Notes: generated by a model from the sequence alone, not told the origin. 60,819 nucleotides of DNA from an uncultured Bdellovibrionales bacterium (GCA_964547585.1 CAZJOI010000001.1:54037-114855), one strand, 5' to 3'. Positions 36,333 to 45,621 are shown, counted from the first letter of the stretch. Translations and numbers: made by a program.

Positions 36333-37526
36333 ATGGCAGCAGAAAAATTTGAAAGAATCAAACCGCATGTCAACGTAGGAACAATTGGACACGTTGACCA
36401 TGGAAAAACCACTTTAACAACGGCAATTCTTCACGTTCTGGCTTTCTTGGGTAAAGCCAAGGAAAAAGGCGTAGATGAAATTGACAAAGCTCCTGAAGAA
36501 AGAGAACGTGGTATAACAATTGCAACTGCTCATTGCGAATATGAGTCAGATGCGAGACATTATGCTCATGTTGACTGTCCAGGACATGCTGATTATATCA
36601 AAAACATGATTACTGGTGCCGCTCAAATGGACGGAGCTGTTTTGGTTGTTGCTGCGACCGATGGTCCTATGCCACAAACCAGAGAGCACATTCTTTTGGC
36701 TCATCAAGTAGGTGTTCCTGAAATCGTTGTCTTTTTAAACAAAGTTGATATGGTAGATGACCCAGAATTGATTGAATTGGTTGAAGCTGAAGTGAGAGAA
36801 CTTTTGACCAAATATGAATTTGATGGCGATAACGCCACTGTTATTAGAGGTTCAGCTTTGAAAGCTTTGAATTCTAAGTCAGCGGAAGATCCAGATGCTA
36901 AACCAATCATCGATTTGATTGCTGCTTTGGATGTTAAAATCCCAGAACCAGTGAGAGAAACTGAAAAAGCATTTTTGATGCCAATCGAAGACATATTCTC
37001 CATTGAAGGAAGAGGAACTGTTGTAACTGGTAGAATTGAAAGAGGAACAATCAAAGTTGGAGAAGAAGTGGAAATTGTTGGATTGAAACCTACTCAAAAA
37101 ACAACTGTGACTGGAATTGAAATGTTTAACAAATCATTGGACAGCGGACAGGCCGGAGACAATGCTGGAGTTTTGCTTCGTGGAACCAAAAAAGAAGAAG
37201 TTGAAAGAGGACAAGTTTTGGCCAAGACAGGAACAATTACTCCTCACACTGAATTCGAAGGCGAAATCTATATTTTGACTAAAGAAGAAGGTGGAAGACA
37301 TACTCCATTTTTCAAGGGCTACAAGCCTCAGTTCTACATCAGAACAACTGATGTTACCGGAGAAGTAATTCTGCCAGAAGGAACAGAAATGGTTATGCCT
37401 GGAGACACCGTCACTTTGAATGTTAAATTGATTGCCCCAGTAGCTATGGAAGAGGGCATGAGATTTGCTATTCGAGAAGGCGGAAGAACGGTTGGAGCTG
37501 GAGTAGCCACTAAAATCATCAAGTAG
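36333..37526 (+). CDS. tuf: elongation factor Tu
   Basis: [18 protein letters not shown] and NKVD motifs. 397 aa. Confidence 0.97.
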   Translation: MAAEKFERIKPHVNVGTIGHVDHGKTTLTTAILHVLAFLGKAKEKGVDEIDKAPEERERGITIATAHCEYESDARHYAHVDCPGHADYIKNMITGAAQMDGAVLVVAATDGPMPQTREHILLAHQVGVPEIVVFLNKVDMVDDPELIELVEAEVRELLTKYEFDGDNATVIRGSALKALNSKSAEDPDAKPIIDLIAALDVKIPEPVRETEKAFLMPIEDIFSIEGRGTVVTGRIERGTIKVGEEVEIVGLKPTQKTTVTGIEMFNKSLDSGQAGDNAGVLLRGTKKEEVERGQVLAKTGTITPHTEFEGEIYILTKEEGGRHTPFFKGYKPQFYIRTTDVTGEVILPEGTEMVMPGDTVTLNVKLIAPVAMEEGMRFAIREGGRTVGAGVATKIIK

Positions 37527-37537
37527 TTTATCTTTTA

Positions 37538-37563
37538 AGCTCCCGAATATCTCGGGAGCTTTA
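37538..37563 (+). terminator. hairpin after tuf (weak terminator or attenuator)
   Basis: AGCTCCCGA-ATATC-TCGGGAGCT followed only by TTAT. Confidence 0.4.
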
Positions 37564-37619
37564 TAAGGTAAGTATAATTAAGGAATAGGCAATATTCACA
37601 TTAAAAATCAATAAGATCA

Positions 37620-37943
37620 ATGAAAAAAGAAGAAGAGGTAAAATCAAGAATAAGGATAAAAATCAAGGCCTATGATCACAAGATTATTGATCAAACAGCC
37701 AAGCAAATTGTGGAAACAGCTGAGAGAACTGGCGCTAGTGTTTCTGGCCCTGTTCCTTTACCAACTGAAATCAGAAAGTTTACGGTTAACAGATCCACTT
37801 TCATTTACAAAGATGCCCGTGATCAGTATGAAATGAGAATGCACAAAAGACTCATTGATATTATTAATCCTACCCCAAAGACAATTGATAGCTTGACTAA
37901 TCTCGATTTACCAGCTGGGGTTGACATAGAGATAAAAATGTAA
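37620..37943 (+). CDS. rpsJ: 30S ribosomal protein S10
   Basis: [13 protein letters not shown] and a full S10 pattern. Confidence 0.95.
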   Translation: MKKEEEVKSRIRIKIKAYDHKIIDQTAKQIVETAERTGASVSGPVPLPTEIRKFTVNRSTFIYKDARDQYEMRMHKRLIDIINPTPKTIDSLTNLDLPAGVDIEIKM

Positions 37944-38088
37944 TATAAAAGGATAGAGATCGATCCTAGTTAAAGTCCCCAGTTTTATCGAGGGATACTC
38001 AACTAGCCAGAGAGAAATTGATTCGTCAGTTGGCGAATTAGACTGGCTTATAGAGAGGTCAGTTTTTTTATTTGAAATCAGGATTATT

Positions 38089-38243
38089 ATCCCAGCACCA
38101 ATTCCAGCAAGGATTAGATGAGGTGTAAAGATTTATTTGCGAATACGCCTAACGGCTTAGTTAATAAAAATATAAAAGTTTAGATAGCGAATTGGTGCGG
38201 GATGCTCATATTTGTAGCTCCTCGTGCCTCGGAGACAAATATG
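38089..38243 (+). repeat. structured element family, copy A (S10/L3 spacer)
   Basis: 5' arm ATCCCAGCACCAATTC(38089-38104). TTGCGAATACGCCTAACGGCTT. AAAGTTTAGATAGC. 3' arm GAATTGGTGCGGGAT(38189-38203). CATATTTGT(38207-38215) pairs with ACAAATATG(38235-38243), which includes the rplC ATG. Confidence 0.75.
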
Positions 38244-38816
38244 GCAAAAGCTATACTCGGAAAAAAAATAGGCATGACAACTATTTATAACGAAGATAAA
38301 GAAGCACTGAATGTGACTCTGGTTGAATGTTTTTCAAAAGTATCAATGCTTAGGACTGAAGAAAAAAATGGTTATTCAGCTGTTCAAATTGAAATACCAA
38401 AAACCAAGAAAAGAATATTTAAAAAAGAATTTAAAATAGAAAAAGCCGAAGAGGAAACTTTGAAGGCAGGTGATGACATCAGCATTGATGTTTTCGAAAT
38501 AGGTGAAAAAGTCAAAGTCAGCGGTATTACCAAGGCCAAGGGATTCCAAGGTGTAGTCAAAAGACATGGCTTTAAGGGATCTCCAAAAACTCATGGACAC
38601 AAGCATGATTTACGTGCTCCTGGTTCAATTGGTTCAGGCTTTCCAGAACATGTAACCAAAGGCAAGAGAATGGCTGGCAGAATGGGTGGAAAAAGAGCTA
38701 CATCAAAAAATGTCAAAATTGTTTTCATGGATAAGGAAAAAAACATAATCGGAGTAAAAGGTGCTGTTCCCGGAGTAGCCGGTCGAATAGTTGAAATTGT
38801 AAAAAGTAACCAATAA
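38241..38816 (+). CDS. rplC: 50S ribosomal protein L3
   Basis: MAKAILGKKIGMT is a typical L3 start. The in-frame upstream ATG at 38202 lies inside the repeat element. Confidence 0.93.
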   Translation: MAKAILGKKIGMTTIYNEDKEALNVTLVECFSKVSMLRTEEKNGYSAVQIEIPKTKKRIFKKEFKIEKAEEETLKAGDDISIDVFEIGEKVKVSGITKAKGFQGVVKRHGFKGSPKTHGHKHDLRAPGSIGSGFPEHVTKGKRMAGRMGGKRATSKNVKIVFMDKEKNIIGVKGAVPGVAGRIVEIVKSNQ

Positions 38817-38819
38817 TGC

Positions 38820-38992
38820 TCCCCGCACCAAATTCTAAGAGAGTGCGGAAATAGCAAAAAGTTAATCTGAAGAATACGCCTCGCCTCGGCGAAGCGGGCT
38901 AACGGCTTGATAATAAAAAATATAAAGTTTAGATAGCGAATTGGTGCGGGATGCTCATTTTTGTAGCCACTCGTACCTCGCGGACAAAAATG
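38820..38992 (+). repeat. structured element family, copy B (L3/L4 spacer)
   Basis: 5' arm TCCCCGCACCAAATTC(38820-38835). GAATACGCC-[GC-rich insert]-TAACGGCTT. AAAGTTTAGATAGC. 3' arm GAATTGGTGCGGGA(38938-38951). CATTTTTGT(38956-38964) pairs with ACAAAAATG(38984-38992). Confidence 0.75.
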
Positions 38993-39640
38993 GCAAAGAT
39001 ATCAGTCTACAACTTAAAAGGAGAAAAGAAAGAAGAACTGGAAGTAACAGACAAAGTTTTTGGTTTACCTGAAAATGATACGCTGTTACATCAAGTTTTT
39101 GTTTCTTTGATGGCGAATAAAAGACAGTCTATAGCTGATACAAAAAATAGAGGAGACCGAGCTGGATCTGGCATTAAACCTTGGAAACAAAAAGGAACTG
39201 GCCGAGCTCGCGTTGGATCATCCAGAACCCCAACTTGGAAAGGTGGAGGTGTGGCTTTTGGTCCAAAAAGCGAAAGAAATTACAAACAAAAAATCAACAA
39301 AAAGATGAATTCCAAAGCGATCACTTTGGCTCTCAGTGGAAAGTTTCGCGACGGAGAAATATTTGTATTGGAAAATCTTGATTTGAAAGAAAAAAAGACC
39401 AAAAGCATGTCAGCTGTTCTGAAAAGTTTGAAAATAAAAGGCAGCGTGCTGATGGGTTTTCATACTAAAGAAAAAGAGATGGTGCTCACTGCCCGAAATT
39501 TGAAAAAAGTTGATTGTGTTTTGTCAGAAAGTCTGAGTGTTTTGGATATCCTAAATCACAAAAATATTATTTTATCCAAAGAATCGGTAAAAAGCATAGA
39601 AAAGAAATACGGCAAAGAAAGCCTGAAGTCTAAAGCCTAA
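38990..39640 (+). CDS. rplD: 50S ribosomal protein L4
   Basis: [11 protein letters not shown].. and the [12 protein letters not shown] motif. Confidence 0.93.
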   Translation: MAKISVYNLKGEKKEELEVTDKVFGLPENDTLLHQVFVSLMANKRQSIADTKNRGDRAGSGIKPWKQKGTGRARVGSSRTPTWKGGGVAFGPKSERNYKQKINKKMNSKAITLALSGKFRDGEIFVLENLDLKEKKTKSMSAVLKSLKIKGSVLMGFHTKEKEMVLTARNLKKVDCVLSESLSVLDILNHKNIILSKESVKSIEKKYGKESLKSKA

Positions 39641-39687
39641 AGTCACAATTAATTTATTTCTGTTTGAATCTTTTAAATTAGATAATT

Positions 39688-39996
39688 ATGCCTGATATTA
39701 AAAATAACAATTTAGCTTCCAGGATTTTGATTAAGCCTTGGATAACCGAAGCAGCGACTACTCTCATTGAGCTGAACAAATATGTTTTTGTAGTTGCTCC
39801 AAAAGCTACTAAAAAACAAATTATTTCAGCCGTTGAAGGTTTGTACAAAGTCAAGGTTATTTCCGCTAATACCATAAAAATTCCCAGAAAATTCAAGAAT
39901 TATGGTCGTACTCCTGGTTGGAAATCTGGTTTTAAAAAAGCTATACTCACATTAAAAGAGGGAGATAAAATAGATTTATTCGAAGAAAAAAAATAG
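39688..39996 (+). CDS. rplW: 50S ribosomal protein L23
   Basis: Size, position and an ILIKPWITEAA..NKYVFVVA..A.K..I pattern. Confidence 0.9.
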   Translation: MPDIKNNNLASRILIKPWITEAATTLIELNKYVFVVAPKATKKQIISAVEGLYKVKVISANTIKIPRKFKNYGRTPGWKSGFKKAILTLKEGDKIDLFEEKK

Positions 39997-40087
39997 ATTA
40001 AAATAGTTCACAGTTATTAGTCAACAGTTCGCAGTAAATATAAAAAATATCTTAAAACCATTAACTGTTAACTGAGAACCAAAGCAA

Positions 40088-40921
40088 ATGGCAATAAAAA
40101 TTTATCGAAAAAATAATGCCGGTAGGAGAAATATGTCGATTGTAAAATCGGATATTTTGACTAAGAATAAACCCGAGAAATCTTTGCTGGCTTCGAAAAA
40201 GAGCAAGGCCGGAAGATCAAATGGAAAAATATCTGTGAGACACCAAGGTGGTGGCAACAAACAGAGATTCAGAATTATTGATTTCAAGCAAGATATTTTG
40301 GGAATGCCAGGCAGGGTTACGGCCATCGAAAAAGATCCAAATCGCAGTGGTTTTATTGCTTTAATTTGTTATCCTAGTGGAGAAAAAAGATACGTGTTGG
40401 CTACTGAAGGGCTGAAGACAGGCGATCAGATTATCTGTGAAGCTAATGCGCCTGTAAAATCTGGTAACAGATTGATGGTGAAAAATATTCCGGTTGGAAC
40501 AATTATTTCTAATGTGGAAATGTTTAAAGGTAAGGGTGGGCAATTTGCCAGAAGTGCTGGTTCAGGTGTTATTCTAATGGCTATTGATGAAAAAAGTGCT
40601 CAATTGAAATTAGCTTCAGGTGAAATCAGATTGGTGGATAGCGAGTGCTATGCTACAGTTGGAAAAGTTAGCAATTTTGAACATAATGCCGTTACGATTG
40701 GAAAGGCTGGAAGAAAAAGACATATGGGTGTTCGCCCAGGTGTTCGCGGAAGTGCAATGAATCCCGTAGATCACCCACATGGAGGAGGAGAAGGTCGCCA
40801 AGGAATTGGACTTAAACATCCAAAAACCCCTTGGGGTAAGCCAGCTCTTGGGAAGAAGACTCGCAAAAGAAAAAAATATAGTAATAAGTTTATAATCAAA
40901 AGAAGACAAAAGAGGAAATAA
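40088..40921 (+). CDS. rplB: 50S ribosomal protein L2
   Basis: GRSNGKISVRHQGGG and MNPVDHPHGGGEG motifs. Confidence 0.95.
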   Translation: MAIKIYRKNNAGRRNMSIVKSDILTKNKPEKSLLASKKSKAGRSNGKISVRHQGGGNKQRFRIIDFKQDILGMPGRVTAIEKDPNRSGFIALICYPSGEKRYVLATEGLKTGDQIICEANAPVKSGNRLMVKNIPVGTIISNVEMFKGKGGQFARSAGSGVILMAIDEKSAQLKLASGEIRLVDSECYATVGKVSNFEHNAVTIGKAGRKRHMGVRPGVRGSAMNPVDHPHGGGEGRQGIGLKHPKTPWGKPALGKKTRKRKKYSNKFIIKRRQKRK

Positions 40922-40977
40922 ATAAGCGACAAGTAGATTTAACGTATTAAGTAAAAAGATTATTATAATTAAAAAAT

Positions 40978-41319
40978 ATGGCGCGTAGCTTAAAGAGCGG
41001 TCCTTATGTGGACGAAAGACTACTCAAAAAAATTCAGAACAAAAGACCTGAAGACAGATCAGTTATTAAAACTTGGTCTCGGGCTTCAATGATTTCTCCT
41101 GAAATGATTGGATTTACTTTCGGCGTGCATAATGGAAAAGATTTTATTTCCGTTTTTGTGACAGAAGAAATGGTTGGACACAGACTGGGAGAATTTTCTT
41201 TAACTAGAAAATTTGTGAGACATGGAGGTAAGATTCAGAAAGAAATAGAAATGGCCGCTAAACAAAAAGAATTGGATGCTTCCAAGGCAGCTAAAGCAGC
41301 CGATGCGCCTAAGAAATAA
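40978..41319 (+). CDS. rpsS: 30S ribosomal protein S19 (with a Lys/Ala-rich C-terminal tail)
   Basis: [12 protein letters not shown].. and VHNGK.F..V.V.E.MVGH.LGEF. Confidence 0.93.
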   Translation: MARSLKSGPYVDERLLKKIQNKRPEDRSVIKTWSRASMISPEMIGFTFGVHNGKDFISVFVTEEMVGHRLGEFSLTRKFVRHGGKIQKEIEMAAKQKELDASKAAKAADAPKK

Positions 41320-41345
41320 TTTGAATAGTAAGAAATAAAATCAAG

Positions 41346-41921
41346 ATGAAAGTATCAGCCAAATTGAAAAATTTAAGAACCTCACCCAGAAAAGTAAGAT
41401 TAGTTGCTAATTTTATTAAAGGCTTGGATGTGGCTGAAGCACTCAATCAATTGGAAGTTCAGATAAAGAAAAGTAATCCAGTGATGAAGAAGCTTTTGGA
41501 AAGTGCCATTAGCAATGCTGAAAACAATTTTGGTTTGGATAAAGGCAATCTCTATGTTTATAGCGTTCAAGTTGGAGCTGGTGCTACTCTCAAAAGATGG
41601 ATGCCCAGAGCTTTCGGTAGAGCTTCAACAATTCTCAAAAGAACTTCGCAAATTGAAATAGTTTTGGAAGAAAGAGTTGAAGGTAAAGGGCGAAAAACCA
41701 AGGAAGAAATGGAAAAGGAAAAGCAAAAAAGAATGGAAGCCAGAAAGAAACAGGAAAAGGAAGCCAAGAAAGAACAGGAAGAAAAAGAAGAAACTTCAAA
41801 AAGTGAAGGTGAAATCGTAGCCAAAAATACAGACAAGATAAAAGAATCAGGAAAAGTAAAAAAGGGTGGCGAAACCAAGGGTGGTCTGGCCAGTCGAATA
41901 TTCAGAAGAAAGTCAATGTGA
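41346..41921 (+). CDS. rplV: 50S ribosomal protein L22 with a C-terminal extension of about 75 aa rich in Lys and Glu
   Basis: The L22 core is residues 1-115 (SPRKVRLVA..I.G). A low-complexity KEEMEKEKQKR.. tail follows. Confidence 0.9.
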   Translation: MKVSAKLKNLRTSPRKVRLVANFIKGLDVAEALNQLEVQIKKSNPVMKKLLESAISNAENNFGLDKGNLYVYSVQVGAGATLKRWMPRAFGRASTILKRTSQIEIVLEERVEGKGRKTKEEMEKEKQKRMEARKKQEKEAKKEQEEKEETSKSEGEIVAKNTDKIKESGKVKKGGETKGGLASRIFRRKSM

Positions 41922-41999
41922 TGCATAGCATCATCCTGAGGCCGCCAGCTGGCGGATCGAAGGATCTAATATATATAACTTTTTGATTTAAAAAACAGC

Positions 42000-42644
42000 A
42001 TGGGACATAAAGTTAACCCAACCGGACTCCGAACAGGAATAACAAGCACATGGAGATCCAGATGGTTTAGTAAAAAAGAATTCAGTGAAAACCTCAAGCA
42101 AGATGTAAATCTCCGTGAGGATATTATGAAGAAGTGGAAAACTTCTGCTATTGCTGATGTGGAAATCGAAAGATCAGCCTCAAAGGTAAAAATCATTATT
42201 AAAACAGCCAGACCGGGAGTTTTGATTGGACGAGGTGGTAGTGGAGTTGAAGATATCAACAAATATATCAAAAAGAAGTTTTTTGCTGGAAAGAAAGCTG
42301 AGCTCAATATTGAAATTCAGGAAATTAAGAATTTTATGGAAAATTCACAGTTGATTGCTCAAAATATTGCTGAACAATTGGAGAAAAGAATGCCTTTCAG
42401 AAGAGTAATCAAAAGTATGATCGACCAATCAGTCAAAGAAGGCATAACCAAGGGAATAAAAATTCAAGTTTCTGGCAGGTTGGGTGGAGCGGAAATGTCC
42501 AGATTGGAATGGGTTTCCAAGGGAACATTACCTTTACACACACTCCGAGCCAATATTGATTTTTCCCGAGCGACAGCCTATACGACCTATGGAACCATTG
42601 GTGTAAAAGTCTGGTTGTATAAAGGGGAAGTATTTGATAAATAG
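42000..42644 (+). CDS. rpsC: 30S ribosomal protein S3
   Basis: MGHKVNP.GLR.G and a KH-domain GRGGSG. Confidence 0.95.
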   Translation: MGHKVNPTGLRTGITSTWRSRWFSKKEFSENLKQDVNLREDIMKKWKTSAIADVEIERSASKVKIIIKTARPGVLIGRGGSGVEDINKYIKKKFFAGKKAELNIEIQEIKNFMENSQLIAQNIAEQLEKRMPFRRVIKSMIDQSVKEGITKGIKIQVSGRLGGAEMSRLEWVSKGTLPLHTLRANIDFSRATAYTTYGTIGVKVWLYKGEVFDK

Positions 42645-42713
42645 ATAGTTTGTAGTTTATAGTTAGTAGTTTGTAGAAAACTAAAAACTAAAAACCAAAA
42701 ACTAAAAACCATT
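42645..42713 (+). repeat. TAGTTTGTAG / CTAAAAAC intercistronic spacer motif (S3/L16)
   Basis: TAGTTTGTAG occurs twice, then four CTAAAAAC-like units. The two halves are near-complementary. Confidence 0.6.
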
Positions 42714-43136
42714 ATGTTGATGCCCAGAAAAGTAAAATTTAGAAAGCCACACCGCGGAGGCAAAATAAAAGGAAAAGCCAACCGAGGTAATTTGGTTAGC
42801 TTCGGAAGTTTTGGACTCAAATCTATTGAAACCAATTTAGTTTCAGCTAGACAGATTGAAGCTGCTAGACGCGCTATGACCAGATATACGCAAAGAGGTG
42901 GAAAGATTTGGATCAGAATATTTCCCGATAAAGCTATGACGAAAAAAGGCGACGAAACTCCAATGGGTAAGGGAAAAGGAACGCCAGATCATTTCGTTTC
43001 AGTAGTTAAGGCTGGAAAAGTATTATTTGAAATGGATGGAGTGAAAAGAGAAACAGCCAAAGAAGCAATGCGACTAGCTGCGCATAAGTTAAATGTTAAA
43101 ACTAAATTCGTAGAAAAAGGGGAAGAAGTAATATAA
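42714..43136 (+). CDS. rplP: 50S ribosomal protein L16
   Basis: [14 protein letters not shown] and the L16 pattern. Confidence 0.95.
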   Translation: MLMPRKVKFRKPHRGGKIKGKANRGNLVSFGSFGLKSIETNLVSARQIEAARRAMTRYTQRGGKIWIRIFPDKAMTKKGDETPMGKGKGTPDHFVSVVKAGKVLFEMDGVKRETAKEAMRLAAHKLNVKTKFVEKGEEVI

Positions 43137-43140
43137 TTTT

Positions 43141-43329
43141 ATGATGAAAATCAAAGAACTCAGAGAAAAAAATAAAGAAGAGCTGAAGAAGCTTTTAACT
43201 GAAAAAGAAGAGATTGTCAGAAAGCTTAGATTTGAAATTGCTTCAAAACAAATCAAGAATGTTAAGGATTTGAAGAATAATAGGAAAGAGATTGCTCGTA
43301 TTTTGACCTTAATCAATGAATCAAAATAA
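43141..43329 (+). CDS. rpmC: 50S ribosomal protein L29
   Basis: Size and position. ELREK...EL...L.E... Confidence 0.88.
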   Translation: MMKIKELREKNKEELKKLLTEKEEIVRKLRFEIASKQIKNVKDLKNNRKEIARILTLINESK

Positions 43330-43566
43330 ATGGAAAAGGAAAAGATAATTATCAAGAAAAAAGGCACAGTCGTGAGTGATAAAATGAGCAAGACCATTGT
43401 TGTGGCCGTTGATATTTTTAAGACTCACCCAAAATACAAGAAGAAGTATAAATCAACCAAAAAATACAAGGCTCACGATGAAGAGAATAAATATAAGACA
43501 GGAGATGTGGTTGAAATTATTCCGTGCCGACCCTACAGTAAATCTAAGAGGTATAAAGTTATATAA
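43330..43566 (+). CDS. rpsQ: 30S ribosomal protein S17
   Basis: G.VVSDKM.KT.VV.V......HP.Y.K.....KKY.AHDE.N. Confidence 0.92.
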   Translation: MEKEKIIIKKKGTVVSDKMSKTIVVAVDIFKTHPKYKKKYKSTKKYKAHDEENKYKTGDVVEIIPCRPYSKSKRYKVI

Positions 43567-43613
43567 AATGGTTGGTGGTTTGTAGAAAAAAATAAGAACT
43601 AAGAACTGATAAA
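43567..43613 (+). repeat. GGTTTGTAG .. AAGAACTAAGAACTGATAAA spacer (S17/L14)
   Basis: It shares GGTTTGTAGAAAAAA and AAGAACTGATAAAATG with the L24/L5 spacer. Confidence 0.55.
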
Positions 43614-43979
43614 ATGATACAAGCAGAAACAAAATTAAATGTAGCCGATAATACTGGAGCAAAAATGATAAAATGCTTTAAGATTTTGGGTGGAACTAGA
43701 AGGCGTTATGCTGGTATTGGGGATATTGTTGTCGCTTCAGTTAAAACCGCTGCTCCCAGAGGTATGGTTAAAAAAGGAGATATTGTTAAAGCGGTAATTG
43801 TCAGACAGAGAAAAGAATTGCGCCGAAAAGACGGTTCCTATATTCGTTTTGATGAAAATGCAGCCGTGATTTTGGATGGTAAGGATCCCAAGGGAACCCG
43901 AATTTTTGGACCAATAGCAAGAGAGATAAGAGAGAAAGGTTACAGTAAGATAATTTCACTGGCTCCGGAAGTATTATAA
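43614..43979 (+). CDS. rplN: 50S ribosomal protein L14
   Basis: MIQ..T.L.VADN.GAK...C. Confidence 0.95.
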   Translation: MIQAETKLNVADNTGAKMIKCFKILGGTRRRYAGIGDIVVASVKTAAPRGMVKKGDIVKAVIVRQRKELRRKDGSYIRFDENAAVILDGKDPKGTRIFGPIAREIREKGYSKIISLAPEVL

Positions 43980-43999
43980 ATAATAATTCGAGAAAAGAA

Positions 44000-44311
44000 A
44001 TGTCAAAAATTAAGAAAAATGATCAAGTCAAGATAATATCCGGAAAAGATAAGGGAAAGACAGGTAAGGTTCTTCGCGTTTTTCCAACCGAGGAAAAAAT
44101 TTTGGTGGAAGGTTTAAATTTACGTAAAAAACACATGAAACCCAGAAAAGAAGGTGAAAAAGGACAACGAATAGAAATTCCCGGAAAGCTTAATATTTCG
44201 AATATAATGTTGGTTTGCCCAAAATGCGGTAAAGATACGCGAGTTGGGTATAAAATAGTTGAAAAAAATAAGTTTAGATTTTGTAAAAAGTGCCAAGCAG
44301 AAATAAATTAA
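44000..44311 (+). CDS. rplX: 50S ribosomal protein L24
   Basis: KKND.V.IISGKDKGK.GKV and a KOW motif. The C-terminus carries a CPKC..C.KC zinc-ribbon-like segment. Confidence 0.9.
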   Translation: MSKIKKNDQVKIISGKDKGKTGKVLRVFPTEEKILVEGLNLRKKHMKPRKEGEKGQRIEIPGKLNISNIMLVCPKCGKDTRVGYKIVEKNKFRFCKKCQAEIN

Positions 44312-44385
44312 ATAGTTGGTAGTTTGTAGTCGGCGGTTTGTAGAAAAAACCAAAAACTAAAAACTAAGAACTAAAAACTGATAAA
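44312..44385 (+). repeat. TAGTTTGTAG / CGGTTTGTAG .. CTAAAAAC spacer (L24/L5)
   Basis: Two GTTTGTAG units, then CCAAAAACTAAAAACTAAGAACTAAAAACTGATAAA. Confidence 0.6.
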
Positions 44386-44928
44386 ATGAGTGTTAAAGAT
44401 AAATATGATAAAGAAACAGTTACGGAACTAAAAAAGATTTTTGGTTTCAAAAATAATCTGCAAACTCCCCGAATTGGCAGAGTGGTTATTAATGTTGGAA
44501 CTGGAAAATTTTTAAAAGATGCTAATACCGTCAAAGAAATATTTGATTCCATGCAGCTTATTGCTGGACAAAGACCCGTTCAAACTAAAGCCAAAAAGTC
44601 TATTGCTGGATTCAAAATCAGAGAAGGTTTGGAAGTTGGTGTGAAGGTTACGCTCAGAGGAAAGAGAAAATGGGATTTCATTGAAAGATTAGTGGCGACT
44701 GCCATTCCGCGTATAAAAGATTTTCAAGGCATCAAAGAATCTGCAGTTGATACTAATGGAAATTTCAATTTAGGAATCAAGGAACATGTTATTTTTCCAG
44801 AAATTCTCCCCGAAAATGTAAAAACAATTTTCAGTTTACAAGTAAATATTGTTACTACTGCCAAGAATCACAAAGAAGGATTAGAATTATTTAAGGCTCT
44901 GAAATTCCCAATTAAGACGAAGGAATAA
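44386..44928 (+). CDS. rplE: 50S ribosomal protein L5
   Basis: L5 pattern (P.I.KVV.N.G.G, FR.G..VG..VTLRG..M..F..RL). Confidence 0.95.
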   Translation: MSVKDKYDKETVTELKKIFGFKNNLQTPRIGRVVINVGTGKFLKDANTVKEIFDSMQLIAGQRPVQTKAKKSIAGFKIREGLEVGVKVTLRGKRKWDFIERLVATAIPRIKDFQGIKESAVDTNGNFNLGIKEHVIFPEILPENVKTIFSLQVNIVTTAKNHKEGLELFKALKFPIKTKE

Positions 44929-44972
44929 AAAATAATTTAGACTAAAAAATATTTAGAATAATTATAAAGTTT

Positions 44973-45158
44973 ATGGCAAAGTTATCAGTTATCGCAAGAT
45001 CACAAAAGAAACCCAAGTTTTCATCTCGAATCGTGAAGAGATGTTGGCGCTGTGGAAGAAAACATGGATATATGAGGCAATTTGATATTTGCAGAATTTG
45101 CTTTAGAGAATTGGCTAGTACGAATCAAATTCCCGGAGTTAAAAAATCAAGTTGGTAA
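44973..45158 (+). CDS. rpsN: 30S ribosomal protein S14 type Z (zinc-binding)
   Basis: 61 aa with CWRCGR..CRIC. Confidence 0.93.
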   Translation: MAKLSVIARSQKKPKFSSRIVKRCWRCGRKHGYMRQFDICRICFRELASTNQIPGVKKSSW

Positions 45159-45180
45159 GAATTAATTACAAATAAAATTA

Positions 45181-45207
45181 AAGGTTAAATTAGAGATTTA
45201 TAAAACT
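45181..45207 (+). repeat. leader shared by rpsH and rplF (copy 1)
   Basis: AAGGTTAAATTAGAGATTTATAAAACT precedes ATGTCA. Compare 45622-45647. Confidence 0.6.
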
Positions 45208-45612
45208 ATGTCAGATCCAATAGCAGAAATGCTAACTAAAATAAGAAATGCTCAGAGAGTAGGCAAAAAAGATGTGATTCTTAGTGCATCTAAGCTTAAA
45301 CTTTCTATTGGTAAAATCTTGGAAAAAGAAGGTTTTGTTGAGAGTGTCCTTAAAGAAAGAATTGGTAATTTTGAAAAAATCAAGATTGTTTTAAAATATC
45401 ATACAATTTCGAGAACCAAAAAAATTCCAGCTATTAATGACATAAAGAGAGTGAGCAAGGAAGGACAGAGAATCTATGTTGGAAGCAAAGAAATAAAGAA
45501 AGTAAAAAACAGTTATGGTATTGGTGTTATTTCTACCTCCAAGGGTGTTATGACTAATGCTGAAGCCAGAAAGAATGGTTTGGGAGGAGAATATATTTGT
45601 GAAGTTTGGTAG
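45208..45612 (+). CDS. rpsH: 30S ribosomal protein S8
   Basis: M.DPIA.MLT.IRNA. Confidence 0.95.
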   Translation: MSDPIAEMLTKIRNAQRVGKKDVILSASKLKLSIGKILEKEGFVESVLKERIGNFEKIKIVLKYHTISRTKKIPAINDIKRVSKEGQRIYVGSKEIKKVKNSYGIGVISTSKGVMTNAEARKNGLGGEYICEVW

Positions 45613-45621
45613 AATATAAAT

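Noticed and set aside
37944-38088. A further mini-copy of the element in the first half of the S10/L3 spacer (AGCCAG..GGCGAATTAGACTGGCT) and a terminator at the T-run 38064-38070
   Set aside because: Only a 6-bp pairing supports the mini-copy. I could not find a convincing stem immediately before the T-run.
38150-38160. GCCTAAC in the element's central box resembles the inverse core site (RYYYAAC) of integron attC sites
   Set aside because: There is no matching GTTRRRY core site at the other end and no integron integrase in the window. The flanking genes are essential ribosomal genes, not cassettes.
38202-38240. In-frame upstream ATGs giving L3 and L4 (also 38951-38989) an MLIFVA.R.S.T. N-terminal extension
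   Set aside because: The extension lies inside the repeated element. In copy C the same sequence is out of frame with rpsE, and in copy E it has no start codon. L3 and L4 begin normally at MAKA../MAKI... The apparent peptide conservation is explained by conserved nucleotides and helix covariation.
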